A stretch of 62,121 bases of DNA, filler included, from Gemmatimonadota bacterium (GTDB taxonomy: Bacteria; 4572-55; J002): NCBI GenBank assembly GCA_003697105.1. It is 5 parts of 5 records of this genome, joined end to end, with 100 filler letters (N's around TTAATTAATTAA, not from the genome) between each part and the next. Parts side by side here need not be neighbours in the genome. Positions count along the whole stretch, not along the records: positions 29,343 to 43,893 come from RFFQ01000149.1; 4 more parts are not named here. The stretch is one strand, 5' to 3'. The notes beneath the pieces are model-generated. The model did not search any database. It worked only from the letters and a program-made list of their open reading frames with translations, and was not told the DNA's origin. Of this stretch, positions 30,594 to 40,862 are shown piece after piece. The stretch's first letter is position 1. Every line of letters starts with the position of its first letter. Both the position numbers and the translations under genes were made by a program.

Positions 30594-31712
30594 ATGGCAA
30601 ACAAAAAAATTCTAGTTGTGGAAGATGAACATATTACGGCGGAATATCTTGGGTATCGCTTAAAGCATCTGGGATATGAGGTACTGCCTATTCTCAAGCG
30701 TGGGGAGGATGTTATCGAACAGGTGGGTGACCTGCAACCTGATCTTATCTTGATGGATATTATGTTGGAGGGTGATATGGATGGGATTGAAGCCGCCGAA
30801 CGAGTTCAGCAAACCCATGATATTCCAGTAATCTATTTAACCGCCCTTTCAGACCCCCGTACATTTGAACGGGCAAAAGTTACCGGTTCCTTTGCCTATC
30901 TGGTCAAACCGTTTGATGATACCCAGTTACACCGGACTATTGAGATGACTCTGTATAAAAATATGCTGGAACAGCAGATCAAAGAAAGCCAGAAGTGGTT
31001 CTCCACAACCCTGCGTAGTATTGGAGATGGGGTGATTGCGTCTGATGATACCGGACGGGTCAAATTTATCAATCCAGCGGCAGTTACGATTCTGGAAACG
31101 GCGGCAGAAGAGTTGACCGGGCAATCGTGGTACACGTTTTGTCATCTCATCGATGCCGATACCGGCGAGCGCCTGTCAGACCCGGTCGAGCAGGTACTTT
31201 CCTCCAAACAGCAAGTTGATCTGGACGACCGCGCCGCTTTAGTCCTCGCTGATGAACGCCAGAAATTTGTCGAGGTCAATGCCTCGCCGATTATGGTAAA
31301 GCCGGGTATCGTAAACGGTGTGGTCATGGTCATCCGTGACATCAGCCGGAAAAAAGCGGTGGAAGAAGACCTTCGCATCAAGGATATGGCAATTGCTTCT
31401 TCCATTAATGCAATGGTTATCATGGATTTAAGTGGCAATTTGACGTATGCCAACCGCTCGTTTAGGGATCTCTGGGGCTATGACCACCCTGAGGATTGGA
31501 TGGGTGTGCCGAGTACCCATTTCTGGAAAATGGAGGAAAAAGCGGATGAGATTGTGGAATCCTTGCTGGAAGATGAAAGCTGGAGCGGCAAATTGACCGC
31601 GATCCGGCGGGATGGCTCGACGTTTGAGGTGCAATATTCAATGACAATGGTGGTGGATGACACCAACAGACCGATCTGCCTGTTGGCATCCTTTGTCGAA
31701 CTTTCCGCCTAA
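30594..31712 (+). CDS. REC-PAS-PAS protein
   Basis: ILVVEDE, LMDIML, YLVKPF, two PAS domains, no output domain. Confidence 0.85.
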   Translation: MANKKILVVEDEHITAEYLGYRLKHLGYEVLPILKRGEDVIEQVGDLQPDLILMDIMLEGDMDGIEAAERVQQTHDIPVIYLTALSDPRTFERAKVTGSFAYLVKPFDDTQLHRTIEMTLYKNMLEQQIKESQKWFSTTLRSIGDGVIASDDTGRVKFINPAAVTILETAAEELTGQSWYTFCHLIDADTGERLSDPVEQVLSSKQQVDLDDRAALVLADERQKFVEVNASPIMVKPGIVNGVVMVIRDISRKKAVEEDLRIKDMAIASSINAMVIMDLSGNLTYANRSFRDLWGYDHPEDWMGVPSTHFWKMEEKADEIVESLLEDESWSGKLTAIRRDGSTFEVQYSMTMVVDDTNRPICLLASFVELSA

Positions 31713-32896
31713 AATGACCATTTCAGGCGCGCATAAACGAAATTGCCGGTATCTCCGAATTCAGTACCCGGCTCGCCGCGGTAAAATTGACTGATCAGCA
31801 ATACGTCCCAATTTTCCCAAGCAGACCATGCCAAAGCTGGACTTGCAAGAAAGGATTTATCATGAGGGTTCATCATCATTGCCATGGTACCGGTTACCAG
31901 CGGTGAAAATTGGTATCGCATTTCGCCAAACAGGGAGTGCCGTGCCCGTGATAGCTGATTTGCCGGTAAGGGGTCTAACCGCAGTGCCCCGCCGGCTTTT
32001 TTAGTAGTACCTCGTTCGTTGTAAAGTGCTTCTAAGTGCACATAAAGCGAATTGCTGAACGTGTAATCGGCGGAAAGTGCTCCCACCAGATACGGCGCAC
32101 CCTCTGCCTTCTCCTGCGGGATAAAATACGAAAATTCACCCCGAAACCCGCCTCCCCGGATGTCACCCGCCCAGCCGAAACCGGCAACCCATTGTTTCTG
32201 CAGATATTGCCCGCCAATAATCTGAAAATCATAGTTCCACCGGTTGAGTTGCACCAAACCGGCATAGACCTGATCCCTTTCTGCCTCTGCCAACCGGATT
32301 GCCGTTTCTATTTTGGAGGCAATACCCGTGTAGTACTGTACTCGCACACCATCCGTGCCGGGTCGTTCCTCGTAATCAAAATCGGCGTAGGAATAGGTGT
32401 TAAATAGATCATGAGGATTCCAAACGAGATTGATCCCCCAATTCACCCGTTGTCGCCCGATTCGTACTTGCAGATTATCCCGGTAATAATCACACCACAA
32501 CCGGTCAACCATTGTGTGGATGAGCAGGTTATCCTGTTCCAGCCAAACCGTGGATAAATCCACATAACCGGTATCTTTTTCCAACATTTCGGCTAAAAAT
32601 GGATTTTCTTTAACACTGTTACCCCCAAATGCCCGGTTACGGATTTCCACGGCGGCAGTCCAGTTCAGATTGGCGTACCACTTAAAATTGAGCCGGTTGT
32701 GTACGAGCGCATCAAATGTCGGTTCTTTCCAATCCCGGTCATAGGCGACACGGGGCAGAATTTTGAGATAACCGTTGTACGTGTAATCCAGCGTCCACCC
32801 GTTGTCCCAAGGGGTCAGGATCAGGCAACATAACGCAAAATAGGCCATCACCTTGCGTTTTTGTGCCTTTGGGGTAACATCACATTTTGGTTTCAT
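31709..32896 (-). CDS. Putative outer-membrane beta-barrel protein of the ABC operon
   Basis: GRQRVNWG, DYEERPGTDG, terminal ARLKWSF. Start uncertain (32896 or 32848). Confidence 0.7.
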   Translation of the reverse strand: MKPKCDVTPKAQKRKVMAYFALCCLILTPWDNGWTLDYTYNGYLKILPRVAYDRDWKEPTFDALVHNRLNFKWYANLNWTAAVEIRNRAFGGNSVKENPFLAEMLEKDTGYVDLSTVWLEQDNLLIHTMVDRLWCDYYRDNLQVRIGRQRVNWGINLVWNPHDLFNTYSYADFDYEERPGTDGVRVQYYTGIASKIETAIRLAEAERDQVYAGLVQLNRWNYDFQIIGGQYLQKQWVAGFGWAGDIRGGGFRGEFSYFIPQEKAEGAPYLVGALSADYTFSNSLYVHLEALYNERGTTKKAGGALRLDPLPANQLSRARHSLFGEMRYQFSPLVTGTMAMMMNPHDKSFLASPALAWSAWENWDVLLISQFYRGEPGTEFGDTGNFVYARLKWSF

Positions 32897-33566
32897 CCGA
32901 GAGAATCCTGCCGTCTTCCAACCAGACCACGCGCCGGGCACGGTCAATCACCCGTTGGTCATGGGTGGAAAAAATAAAGGTGACTTTTTCCTGCTGATTC
33001 AATTCTGCCATCAAATCTAAGAGGTTTGCTGTGGAGGTAGAATCCAGATTGGCGGTTGGTTCGTCGGCTAACACAAATTTGGGTTTTGCGGCCAGTGCCC
33101 GTGCCACCGCGACCCGTTGTTGTTGCCCGCCGGAAAGCTGTCCAGGGCGGTTATGAGCCCGATCTTTCAAGCCAACGGCGTTGAGGAGTTCCAACGCACG
33201 CTGTTGCCGCTCTTTTTTGGGGCGTTTTTGCAAAAGCATGATAAATTCGATGTTTTCCTGTGCGGTCAAGACGGGAATCAGGTTGTATGCTTGAAAGACA
33301 AAGCCAATGGACTTTAGCCGGAAATCGATCAAATCATTGCCTTTCAGTTGGGTAATTTCCGTTTCTTCCACCCAGACTTTGCCGGAGGTTGGCTGGTCTA
33401 AACCGCCGATCAGGTTCAGGAGTGTCGTTTTCCCCGATCCGGAGGGTCCAACCAGCGCGGTAAATTCTCCTTTTTCAATGGTTAAGTCGATGCCATTCAG
33501 GGCATGGACAGGCACCATACTACTGTTATAGGTTTTTTTCAGGTCTTTTGTGCGAATAACTGCCAT
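32880..33566 (-). CDS. ABC transporter ATP-binding protein (LolD/MacB-like)
   Basis: GPSGSGKT, LSGGQQQRV, LADEPT, STHD. Confidence 0.95.
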   Translation of the reverse strand: MAVIRTKDLKKTYNSSMVPVHALNGIDLTIEKGEFTALVGPSGSGKTTLLNLIGGLDQPTSGKVWVEETEITQLKGNDLIDFRLKSIGFVFQAYNLIPVLTAQENIEFIMLLQKRPKKERQQRALELLNAVGLKDRAHNRPGQLSGGQQQRVAVARALAAKPKFVLADEPTANLDSTSTANLLDLMAELNQQEKVTFIFSTHDQRVIDRARRVVWLEDGRILSDETKM

Positions 33567-33580
33567 CGTGTTGCTCCGTT

Positions 33581-34783
33581 TTACGGGTCGAGAGTTTCGA
33601 TAAATTCGATCAGTCGTTTGCCGCGATTTTGCCACGAGTAGTATTTGGCGGCGGCTAATGCCGCCTGTTGCATGCGCCGGTATTCCACCGGATCGGCAAA
33701 TAGGCGATGGAGGGCGTCCGCCAAGGAGGCGGCATCCTGCGGAGTGAACATCACACCTTGCTCACCATCGGTCATCACATCCTCGACGGTGGGCATCCGC
33801 GAGGCTACGACGGGCAGACCGGCGCGGTAATAATCAAAAATTTTGGTGGGGCAGGTCACCCCAGCACTACGGAAGGTCGGTTTGTAATTCACCAGCCCGG
33901 CACTGGCGTTTTTACGGATAAATTCCATCATCTCTTTGTGTGGTAACCATGTTTTCAGTTGCACAATTCCTGTCAGACCTTTTTCTGCCACTTTGGGGGC
34001 GATTTCTGCTTTGTCCTGATCACGCAGACCGAGCCACGTAAAGGTGATGCCACTATGGCGACACAGGTGTATCGCCTCCAGAATCCGATCCACGTCAATA
34101 TGGGCTGTCAACCGCCCGATATACACGAGGGATTTTCGCTCGTATTGGGGTAGTTGGTTGGGATCGACCTCGTCTCCGCTCACATGGGCACCCAGCGGTA
34201 AAAATCGGGTGGGGATACGCACAAAATCCGCCAGATAGAGCCGTTCTTGAGGGCGAGTGATGCAAACCAACCCATCACAGCGATTTAAACATAGGTGTTC
34301 AATAAGGCGATAGGCGGAAAACCGTTCCACCAAACGGCGGGGCGGTCGCGGGGGTAAGTCCGGCAAATTTTGGTCGCCGTGATAACCGTGTGCTTCAAAA
34401 ATAACGATGAGTCCCAGCCATTTTTTGAGCCCGATCAAATAGGGCAGCAACGTAGAGTTCCGGGTAATGACCACCGGCTTACCGCAGGTGCGATGGCGGG
34501 CAACATACCGTAAGGCTTGCCCGTAAAACCATGCCGTCCATTTGAATTTCCCCAGAATTTGGCGGCGGAAGCAGACCACCCGAAAATTGGGCAAAGGGTC
34601 TAAGCCGAATTTTTCACGCAGAAGGGCATCCGTCTGGATCGCCGGTTCGCCTTCTACAATGAGGGTAGTAGGAATTCCGCCAAGCGCCAGCCCGTAGGTC
34701 GATTGAGTTGAAACCGTCGTCATGGGGGAGCTGGAAATCCATCGAAACTTATTGATAAAAAATATGTGATATGGTGATGTCAT
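33581..34783 (-). CDS. Glycosyltransferase family 4
   Basis: LVYIGRL, PTKIFDYYRAGLPVVAS, YSWQNRG. Confidence 0.88.
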   Translation of the reverse strand: MTSPYHIFFINKFRWISSSPMTTVSTQSTYGLALGGIPTTLIVEGEPAIQTDALLREKFGLDPLPNFRVVCFRRQILGKFKWTAWFYGQALRYVARHRTCGKPVVITRNSTLLPYLIGLKKWLGLIVIFEAHGYHGDQNLPDLPPRPPRRLVERFSAYRLIEHLCLNRCDGLVCITRPQERLYLADFVRIPTRFLPLGAHVSGDEVDPNQLPQYERKSLVYIGRLTAHIDVDRILEAIHLCRHSGITFTWLGLRDQDKAEIAPKVAEKGLTGIVQLKTWLPHKEMMEFIRKNASAGLVNYKPTFRSAGVTCPTKIFDYYRAGLPVVASRMPTVEDVMTDGEQGVMFTPQDAASLADALHRLFADPVEYRRMQQAALAAAKYYSWQNRGKRLIEFIETLDP

Positions 34784-34878
34784 GGCGGTTGTGTTGATGT
34801 TTTTGTGGGTACAAAAATATGAAATACCGTATAAAATTGCGTTATGTTGTCAGGATGTTACCGGACTGCCTGCCCGTA

Positions 34879-36096
34879 TTAAATTGTTCGGATGGCTTCT
34901 GCCGGATGTAGTTTTAATGCCTTCCAAGCTGGATACAGCGCCGAAAGTATCGCGGTGATGAAGACCATCAGGCCGACTTCAAGATAGAATTCTGGAGCCA
35001 GCACTGGATAAATCACGGTGTCATAACCAAAATCTCGTAACCCTTCGGCAAAGACGGACAGATCAATACCGGTACGAGCAACCAACCAGACCGTACCCAT
35101 AGAGACCAACGTGCCTACTATTCCGCCCGTGGCAGCTAAAAAGAGGGTTTCCAGCAAAATCATACTAAACAAGCGAAATTTATTCATTCCGACGGCCATG
35201 AGCATACCGAGTTCGCGCACCCGCTCCAAAATTGCCATCAACATGGTGTTGATAATGCCAAACGCTAAGGCAACAAGGATAATCAGCATGAAAATCGACG
35301 AGGTTTGATTCATAATTTCATTAATGTAGTCCAATTCCGGTGCAGTCTCTTTCCATGTTTCCACTTTCAGAGCGGGCAACTGGGTTCTCAGGGTGGTGGC
35401 AACGGGGTCAACGGCTTCAACGTCGTGCAGAATCAGGGCAATCTCATGGATGGCATTTTCTGTATCTAACAAGTGATTGAGGTCTTCTGCCCGCACATAC
35501 ACTTGATGTTCATCGAACCGGGAGGAGATGGTCTCAAAGATACCCACCACGCGAAACGCGCCGGCGGTGATGTTTCCGTGCCGGTCTTGCAGGGTCAAGA
35601 TGATTTTAGACCGCACGTTTACTTTAAGTTTAGTTGCCAATTTTTTCCCGATGAGGATGGGATTTCGTTTTACACTCTCATCAAAATAGGCGCCTTCGGT
35701 GATCTTCTCGTATATTTTGCTGACCTGCCGTTCTGCGGCGGGGATGATGCCATCAATTTGCACGCCGGAACCCGCTGCTGCTGAAGAGACCATCCCCATG
35801 ACCACCGTTCGTCCGGCGGCGGCGCGAACTTCCGGCAGGCGTCGTAAGCTGTCTATAAGTGCCTGCCCCTTGGGAATGACCCATTTCACCTGCTGATTAT
35901 CGGCAAATTGGGGATGGTGAATTTGCAGATGTGAAATGCTCGTTTCGATCAATGCGTCCATCCGTTGGTTGACCATCCCTTGCGAGAGCGCAATGACGAA
36001 CAAACCGCCCCACAACCCCAAGGCAATGGCAAACATAATCACCAAACTGCGCAATTTACTGCGCCAGATGTTGCGCCACGCGATTAAAAACAGCAT
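34879..36096 (-). CDS. ABC permease (FtsX/LolC/E family)
   Basis: IAWRNIWRSKLRS, ERVRELGMLMAVGM, YPAWKA. Confidence 0.92.
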   Translation of the reverse strand: MLFLIAWRNIWRSKLRSLVIMFAIALGLWGGLFVIALSQGMVNQRMDALIETSISHLQIHHPQFADNQQVKWVIPKGQALIDSLRRLPEVRAAAGRTVVMGMVSSAAAGSGVQIDGIIPAAERQVSKIYEKITEGAYFDESVKRNPILIGKKLATKLKVNVRSKIILTLQDRHGNITAGAFRVVGIFETISSRFDEHQVYVRAEDLNHLLDTENAIHEIALILHDVEAVDPVATTLRTQLPALKVETWKETAPELDYINEIMNQTSSIFMLIILVALAFGIINTMLMAILERVRELGMLMAVGMNKFRLFSMILLETLFLAATGGIVGTLVSMGTVWLVARTGIDLSVFAEGLRDFGYDTVIYPVLAPEFYLEVGLMVFITAILSALYPAWKALKLHPAEAIRTI

Positions 36097-36108
36097 GTTT
36101 TCCTCGTA

Positions 36109-36420
36109 TCAAGTGGGTTTGGAAGATTCTCTCAGGTACAAAAATAAGGGTAATCCGAACGACACGCCCACAACAACCGTACCTATCAGGGGCAACCACA
36201 CTAATTTTACCGGTTGCCGTTTATGTTCGTGGATGATCCAGATCATCAGCACCGTGGCAGAGATGACAATATCCAACCCGAAAGCGGCGCTGATGGGATT
36301 GGCAAACAACAAATCGATTATCCGTGGCAAATCAAGCCCGTTTTGGAATAACCACGGGATTGCTTGAGAATAGGGCAAAATGCCGCCGATAATAGTTAAG
36401 GTTAAGTATAGTTTTTTCAT
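36109..36420 (-). CDS. DUF2834-like small membrane protein
   Basis: FANPISAAFGLD, VGVSFGLPLFLYLRE. Confidence 0.75.
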   Translation of the reverse strand: MKKLYLTLTIIGGILPYSQAIPWLFQNGLDLPRIIDLLFANPISAAFGLDIVISATVLMIWIIHEHKRQPVKLVWLPLIGTVVVGVSFGLPLFLYLRESSKPT

Positions 36421-36443
36421 GGGATTACCTTTAGGGTTTCCGT

Positions 36444-37667
36444 TCAATACCGCATGGCATCCACTGCCCGCAACCGTAACAAGCGCACCACTGGGTAGAT
36501 TGCCGCCAAGCCGGCTAATAGTAACACGGCACCGGCTTGGGCAAAAAATATCCCCGGTTCCACGGAAAAGGGTAAGACCGGTTCCATTCCGTAGCTAGCA
36601 ACGGCTTCTGCGGCTTCCCCCGTCAGATGGATGGGGTGATAGTGCATGTAGATCAACATGGGAATACCGGTGATCATGCCGGCGGTGACCCCGATCCATG
36701 CTAAGAAGATGGATTCAATCAGGATAACCCCCACCAGTTGTTTTTGGCGCATACCGACTGCCACCAGCACCCCAAATTCGCGCATTCGTTCGGCGATCAT
36801 CATCACTAGAGTGTTAAAAATCCCAAAACCGATGATCAGATAGAGCAGCCAGAGCATGATCAGCCCGCCGGCGTTATCCAATTGGATGCTTTGGACAATT
36901 TCCGGCATTAGTTCCGACCAATCCATGATTTCGTATGTGGCGGTATCCAGCGTTGCGCGCAGGGTGTGCATCACCTCGCTTAGATATTTTTGATCCGTAA
37001 TGTTGAGTGCCAAGGAAGTTAACCGGTTGGGGGCAGAATAGAACCACTGGGCTTCGCTCAATGTTAGATAGACCAGTTGCCGGTTGAGTTCCGGTGTGGG
37101 GAACTCAATAATGCCACGAATGGGGTATTTTCCGGCGGCGCTCATGGCGTGGTAGCCTTGCCCAATTAAGACCAGCGTATCGCCCACACTCACTTGCAGA
37201 TATTCCGCTAAGCCACTGACGACCAAAACACCGTTATCGTTAGCTTGCAGATAATCCCCTTTGATGCGTCGATCTTTTAAACCGGTCAACTGGTCTTCTT
37301 TCTCGGGGTCCACGCCGATGACAATGACTCCTTTGGTCAATTCCTCCGTAGCGGCAAGGGCAAACGACTCTAAACGCGGGATGACCTGTGTGACATGTTC
37401 TATCTGGGAGATCGTGCGGATCATCGTCGAGTCGGCTTCAAAGGTATTTTCCAGTGTTTGATCGTTCCAGTATCCAGCGGCATGGATTTGGGCGTAACCG
37501 GTGTTCAGGGTCACCACATTTTTGATCATGTGGTTATATGAACCGAGTTGCATTGAGCGCATAAAAATTGCCAATAACACGGCAAAAAAGATCGATGAAA
37601 TGGTGATTAGCGTCCGGCGTTTATTGCGCCAGATGTTGCGCCACGCCAAATTGAGATACATGGTCAT
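36444..37667 (-). CDS. ABC permease (FtsX/LolC/E family)
   Basis: LAWRNIWRNKRRT, ERMREFGVLVAVGM. Confidence 0.92.
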   Translation of the reverse strand: MTMYLNLAWRNIWRNKRRTLITISSIFFAVLLAIFMRSMQLGSYNHMIKNVVTLNTGYAQIHAAGYWNDQTLENTFEADSTMIRTISQIEHVTQVIPRLESFALAATEELTKGVIVIGVDPEKEDQLTGLKDRRIKGDYLQANDNGVLVVSGLAEYLQVSVGDTLVLIGQGYHAMSAAGKYPIRGIIEFPTPELNRQLVYLTLSEAQWFYSAPNRLTSLALNITDQKYLSEVMHTLRATLDTATYEIMDWSELMPEIVQSIQLDNAGGLIMLWLLYLIIGFGIFNTLVMMIAERMREFGVLVAVGMRQKQLVGVILIESIFLAWIGVTAGMITGIPMLIYMHYHPIHLTGEAAEAVASYGMEPVLPFSVEPGIFFAQAGAVLLLAGLAAIYPVVRLLRLRAVDAMRY

Positions 37668-38419
37668 TAGCGAACCCGTTTCATGTTTTGTTGCGAGAAA
37701 AAGGTATCGTCAATATCGATATTGAAATCTGCCTCAAGATACTCCACCACGGTTTTGTGTCCGGCTTTGTCTGGGTCGGCTGGGATCATTTCCAAGCGGG
37801 TGGGAATCGTCCGGTCATCCATTTTTTTGAATTCGGAAAGGTTCATGGTTTGGACTAAATAGCCGTCCTCGTCGTAGTATTCAACTTGAACTTGAAAATA
37901 GGTCTCTTTGGCAATCCAAATCCGAATTTTGCCCCATACAACTGCGGCTTCGGGTTTGGGCGTCATTTCAATTTTGTAGCAATCGTAGCCCCGGATGGTT
38001 TCCGTCCCAAGTAGGGTGTGATGATAATCTTCGACGATGGATGATTCTTTGATCAAGTCATCATTGGTGAAGTCCGAGCCCATCCATGACTGCATCATCA
38101 TGGAGGGTGGGATTTTAATGGTGCGTTCAATGGAGGGCACCCAGTTCCAGATTTCCTTATCGCGCATCAAAAAGGTGGTGCCTTTATCCCGTGCGGGAGC
38201 GGTGATCACCATCAAGGACCGATCTCTGCCTTTTGACCACCCCTTTAGGGTCATTTCGCGCTGCCAATCAGGGCGAATGATGGTCATTTTCATTTCCATG
38301 TAACTGCTCTCCCCACGCATCAATTGGTCTGCTTTGCGGACGATTTCAGTGGCGTCTTGGGCGTGGAGTGGTAACGTAACTACTAATATTATCAGTATAT
38401 TAAGGTTTATTTTGTTCAT
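37667..38419 (-). CDS. LolA-like outer-membrane lipoprotein-sorting protein
   Basis: Signal peptide, PARDKGTTFL, SWMGSDFTNDDL, FFSQQNMKR. Confidence 0.88.
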   Translation of the reverse strand: MNKINLNILIILVVTLPLHAQDATEIVRKADQLMRGESSYMEMKMTIIRPDWQREMTLKGWSKGRDRSLMVITAPARDKGTTFLMRDKEIWNWVPSIERTIKIPPSMMMQSWMGSDFTNDDLIKESSIVEDYHHTLLGTETIRGYDCYKIEMTPKPEAAVVWGKIRIWIAKETYFQVQVEYYDEDGYLVQTMNLSEFKKMDDRTIPTRLEMIPADPDKAGHKTVVEYLEADFNIDIDDTFFSQQNMKRVR

Positions 38420-39015
38420 GATGTTTCTCCCGAATGAAGGGGTTGGGCATATTTTTGTAGGAGTAATTGCTTGACGGCATCCAACGGGTAATGTTCTGGA
38501 TCGAGCATGTAGTGTAACCCGATCCCATCAAAAATGGCGCCCAATACTTTGGCTTCGCTTTGCGGGTCTTCCGCATCAATCGCTTGAAAGTAGGCTTCAA
38601 GCCAGCTGAATATTTCCGCAAAAACCGTCGCCAAAGTTTCTTGCAGTGCCTGCATAACATCCGGTTGCACCAACAGCCGGCTGTAGAGTTTCCAAAATTC
38701 GATATTTTCCCTTAATGAGGTAAAATAGGCGTCCAGTAATACCCTCATTTTTTCATACGGGTTGGTGGTGTCTTCGGGCATCTCGAACATCCCAGAAATT
38801 TGAGTACAGCCATCTAAGATGATGGCTTGAAGCAAGGCGTTTTTACTTTCAAAGTAATTGTAGATCAATCCCACAGAAATACCTGCCTGCTTGGCAATGG
38901 TATTCATAGAAGTGGTATGAAATCCATTATTGGCAAAGCATTCCAGTGCGGCGCGCAGAATTTTTTGCTGGCTCTTTTCGCGTAAGGCTTCAAATTGTTC
39001 GGGTGTACGCGGCAT
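38416..39015 (-). CDS. TetR/AcrR family regulator
   Basis: ILRAALECFANNGFHTTSMNTIAKQAGISVGLIYNYFESK; GGAG RBS before MPRTPEQ. Confidence 0.93.
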   Translation of the reverse strand: MPRTPEQFEALREKSQQKILRAALECFANNGFHTTSMNTIAKQAGISVGLIYNYFESKNALLQAIILDGCTQISGMFEMPEDTTNPYEKMRVLLDAYFTSLRENIEFWKLYSRLLVQPDVMQALQETLATVFAEIFSWLEAYFQAIDAEDPQSEAKVLGAIFDGIGLHYMLDPEHYPLDAVKQLLLQKYAQPLHSGETS

Positions 39016-39032
39016 CTTTTTTCTCCATTTTG

Positions 39033-39100
39033 ATTGAATGTTCATTCAATATAATCCGTGCAATGAATCTGTCAAGATTAAAATTGAATGAGTCTTCAAT
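39033..39100 (-). promoter_or_regulatory. Promoter with two putative TetR operators
   Basis: Palindrome ATTGAATG-TT-CATTCAAT (39033-39050) and imperfect copy ATTGAATG-AG-TCTTCAAT (39083-39100) flanking minus-strand TTGACA-N16-TATATT. Confidence 0.7.
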
Positions 39101-39106
39101 CAACTA

Positions 39107-40834
39107 TTAATGGCACTGAAAATAACCGGATTTTTCAGCACGGTTTCCAGCACGGTCGGTGACTTGTATTTGGAAATCATATCGCCCGGGCGGGAGGTCA
39201 GGCGGGAGACTCACGTGGACGGAATGGCTTTCCGGATCATAGATGGAAATTTGCTTTTTGCCATTGAGGTAGATATGAATGTCATCTTCAAAGATACCCG
39301 ATGCGTTGTCCGTGAGTACCGCGCGGATCGATGGAGGTGTACGGAACGTTTTGCCATTTGGCGGTGATAGGTGGGAGATTTGGGGCGGTAGGGTATCCGC
39401 AATCACGGCAAATGTTCCCAGATGGTAGATCGAGGCAGAGATGGTACCCTCTAATACGTTCAGGATATTATTTTCAAACCGCCATTGTTTGCCGTCCCAT
39501 TGATAAACACCTGATTGGCGCACCGGCAGGTGGGGGTCGTAGCGGAAACTGAGCCGAACATATTCACGAAACGGTACATCATCGGGTGACCACTGGAGGA
39601 TCGGGCTGGCGAACTGCATTCCACGGGGCAGGGTATCGCTCCAACTTGATGCTGGTATTTCAATGGATGTTATTGCCAGATCACGATAAAGGGACCCTTC
39701 TGTCAGGTGGAGCCGGGCGGTGTGATTCGCGGAGAAAATGGTGTGAGCCTCTCCAGCCCGGGCGTTAGGCGGGTTTGCTACGGGAGCAACGGGGTTTGAA
39801 TCCACGGGACAGGAAACATCGATTTTGAAATCAAGCGTTGCGGTATTGCCGCTCGCATCCGAGGCGACAATGCGGAAGGAGTGGCGTCCCGCGCCGAGTT
39901 TGCGAGTATCCAAAATGCCGTGACCGTAAGGTTGATCGCCAAAAACGGGCACATCACACCGGTATTCCCGGAAGAGGCGATAGTAACGACCTTTGCCACG
40001 CCGTTGCAGGCTAAAATCAATGATGGATTCAATTTGGAGGGTAGTGTCATAGGAAAATTCATCAAATTGAATAAAAAAACGGGATTGATTCTCCTGAAAT
40101 AGTTCGATCCGGTAGGGTCCGTAACGATTATGAATCGCGTTTGACTGTTGGTCTGTCACGCGGACGCCGACAAAAAATTTGCCGCAAATTTCTGGTATGG
40201 TGCGGATTTTATCCGATCCCCACAAAATGAGGGGGCGATTCTGTCCGTTGATCGTAGTGGTTTCATCTACCGGGGTGAGGCTAATGGCTAAAAAGTTGGG
40301 GGCGATGCTATCCGGCACGGCAAAGCCATGAAGGAGCGGGTTCAGCGGATTATCATTTAATTTACGAAATTCAAAATGGAGATGGGGGGCGCCAATGCCG
40401 GTTGAGCCGGAAAACGCGATGATGTCCCCCTTTTGAACGGGGATCGCGTTGGGGGGGAGTGTGATATCAAATCGATAGCGTTGAAGCCGTTGTTGTTCCT
40501 GCTTTGCTCGTTCTTCAATAACACCGGCAAAACGTTGCAAATGGGCATAAACCGCAATATGCCCGTCTGTGGTGGTCAGATAGACTGCTTTGCCGTAGCC
40601 GGTGGCGGCGGCTCGCAAACGGGAGATATAGCCATCGGCGATGGCATAGCAGGCGAAACCCTCCTGATTCCATGTTTTAAAGTCAAGCCCGGCATGAAAG
40701 TGACGAGGACGGTATTCGGCAAAGCTGGAGGTTAAATAGGGGGGATTTATATCGAGGGGCCAGTGGTAGTTTTCAGCACTCCAGAGGATACCGGTTGGGA
40801 GAAAGAGCAACAACGTAAACCAAAGATAGCGCAT
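39107..40834 (-). CDS. M23 family metallopeptidase with C-terminal Ig-like domains
   Basis: HFHAGLD, YAHL, APHLHFE; signal peptide. Confidence 0.88.
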   Translation of the reverse strand: MRYLWFTLLLFLPTGILWSAENYHWPLDINPPYLTSSFAEYRPRHFHAGLDFKTWNQEGFACYAIADGYISRLRAAATGYGKAVYLTTTDGHIAVYAHLQRFAGVIEERAKQEQQRLQRYRFDITLPPNAIPVQKGDIIAFSGSTGIGAPHLHFEFRKLNDNPLNPLLHGFAVPDSIAPNFLAISLTPVDETTTINGQNRPLILWGSDKIRTIPEICGKFFVGVRVTDQQSNAIHNRYGPYRIELFQENQSRFFIQFDEFSYDTTLQIESIIDFSLQRRGKGRYYRLFREYRCDVPVFGDQPYGHGILDTRKLGAGRHSFRIVASDASGNTATLDFKIDVSCPVDSNPVAPVANPPNARAGEAHTIFSANHTARLHLTEGSLYRDLAITSIEIPASSWSDTLPRGMQFASPILQWSPDDVPFREYVRLSFRYDPHLPVRQSGVYQWDGKQWRFENNILNVLEGTISASIYHLGTFAVIADTLPPQISHLSPPNGKTFRTPPSIRAVLTDNASGIFEDDIHIYLNGKKQISIYDPESHSVHVSLPPDLPPGRYDFQIQVTDRAGNRAEKSGYFQCH

Positions 40835-40862
40835 GCGTGGGGTTTATAAGAGTGTGTGTTTT

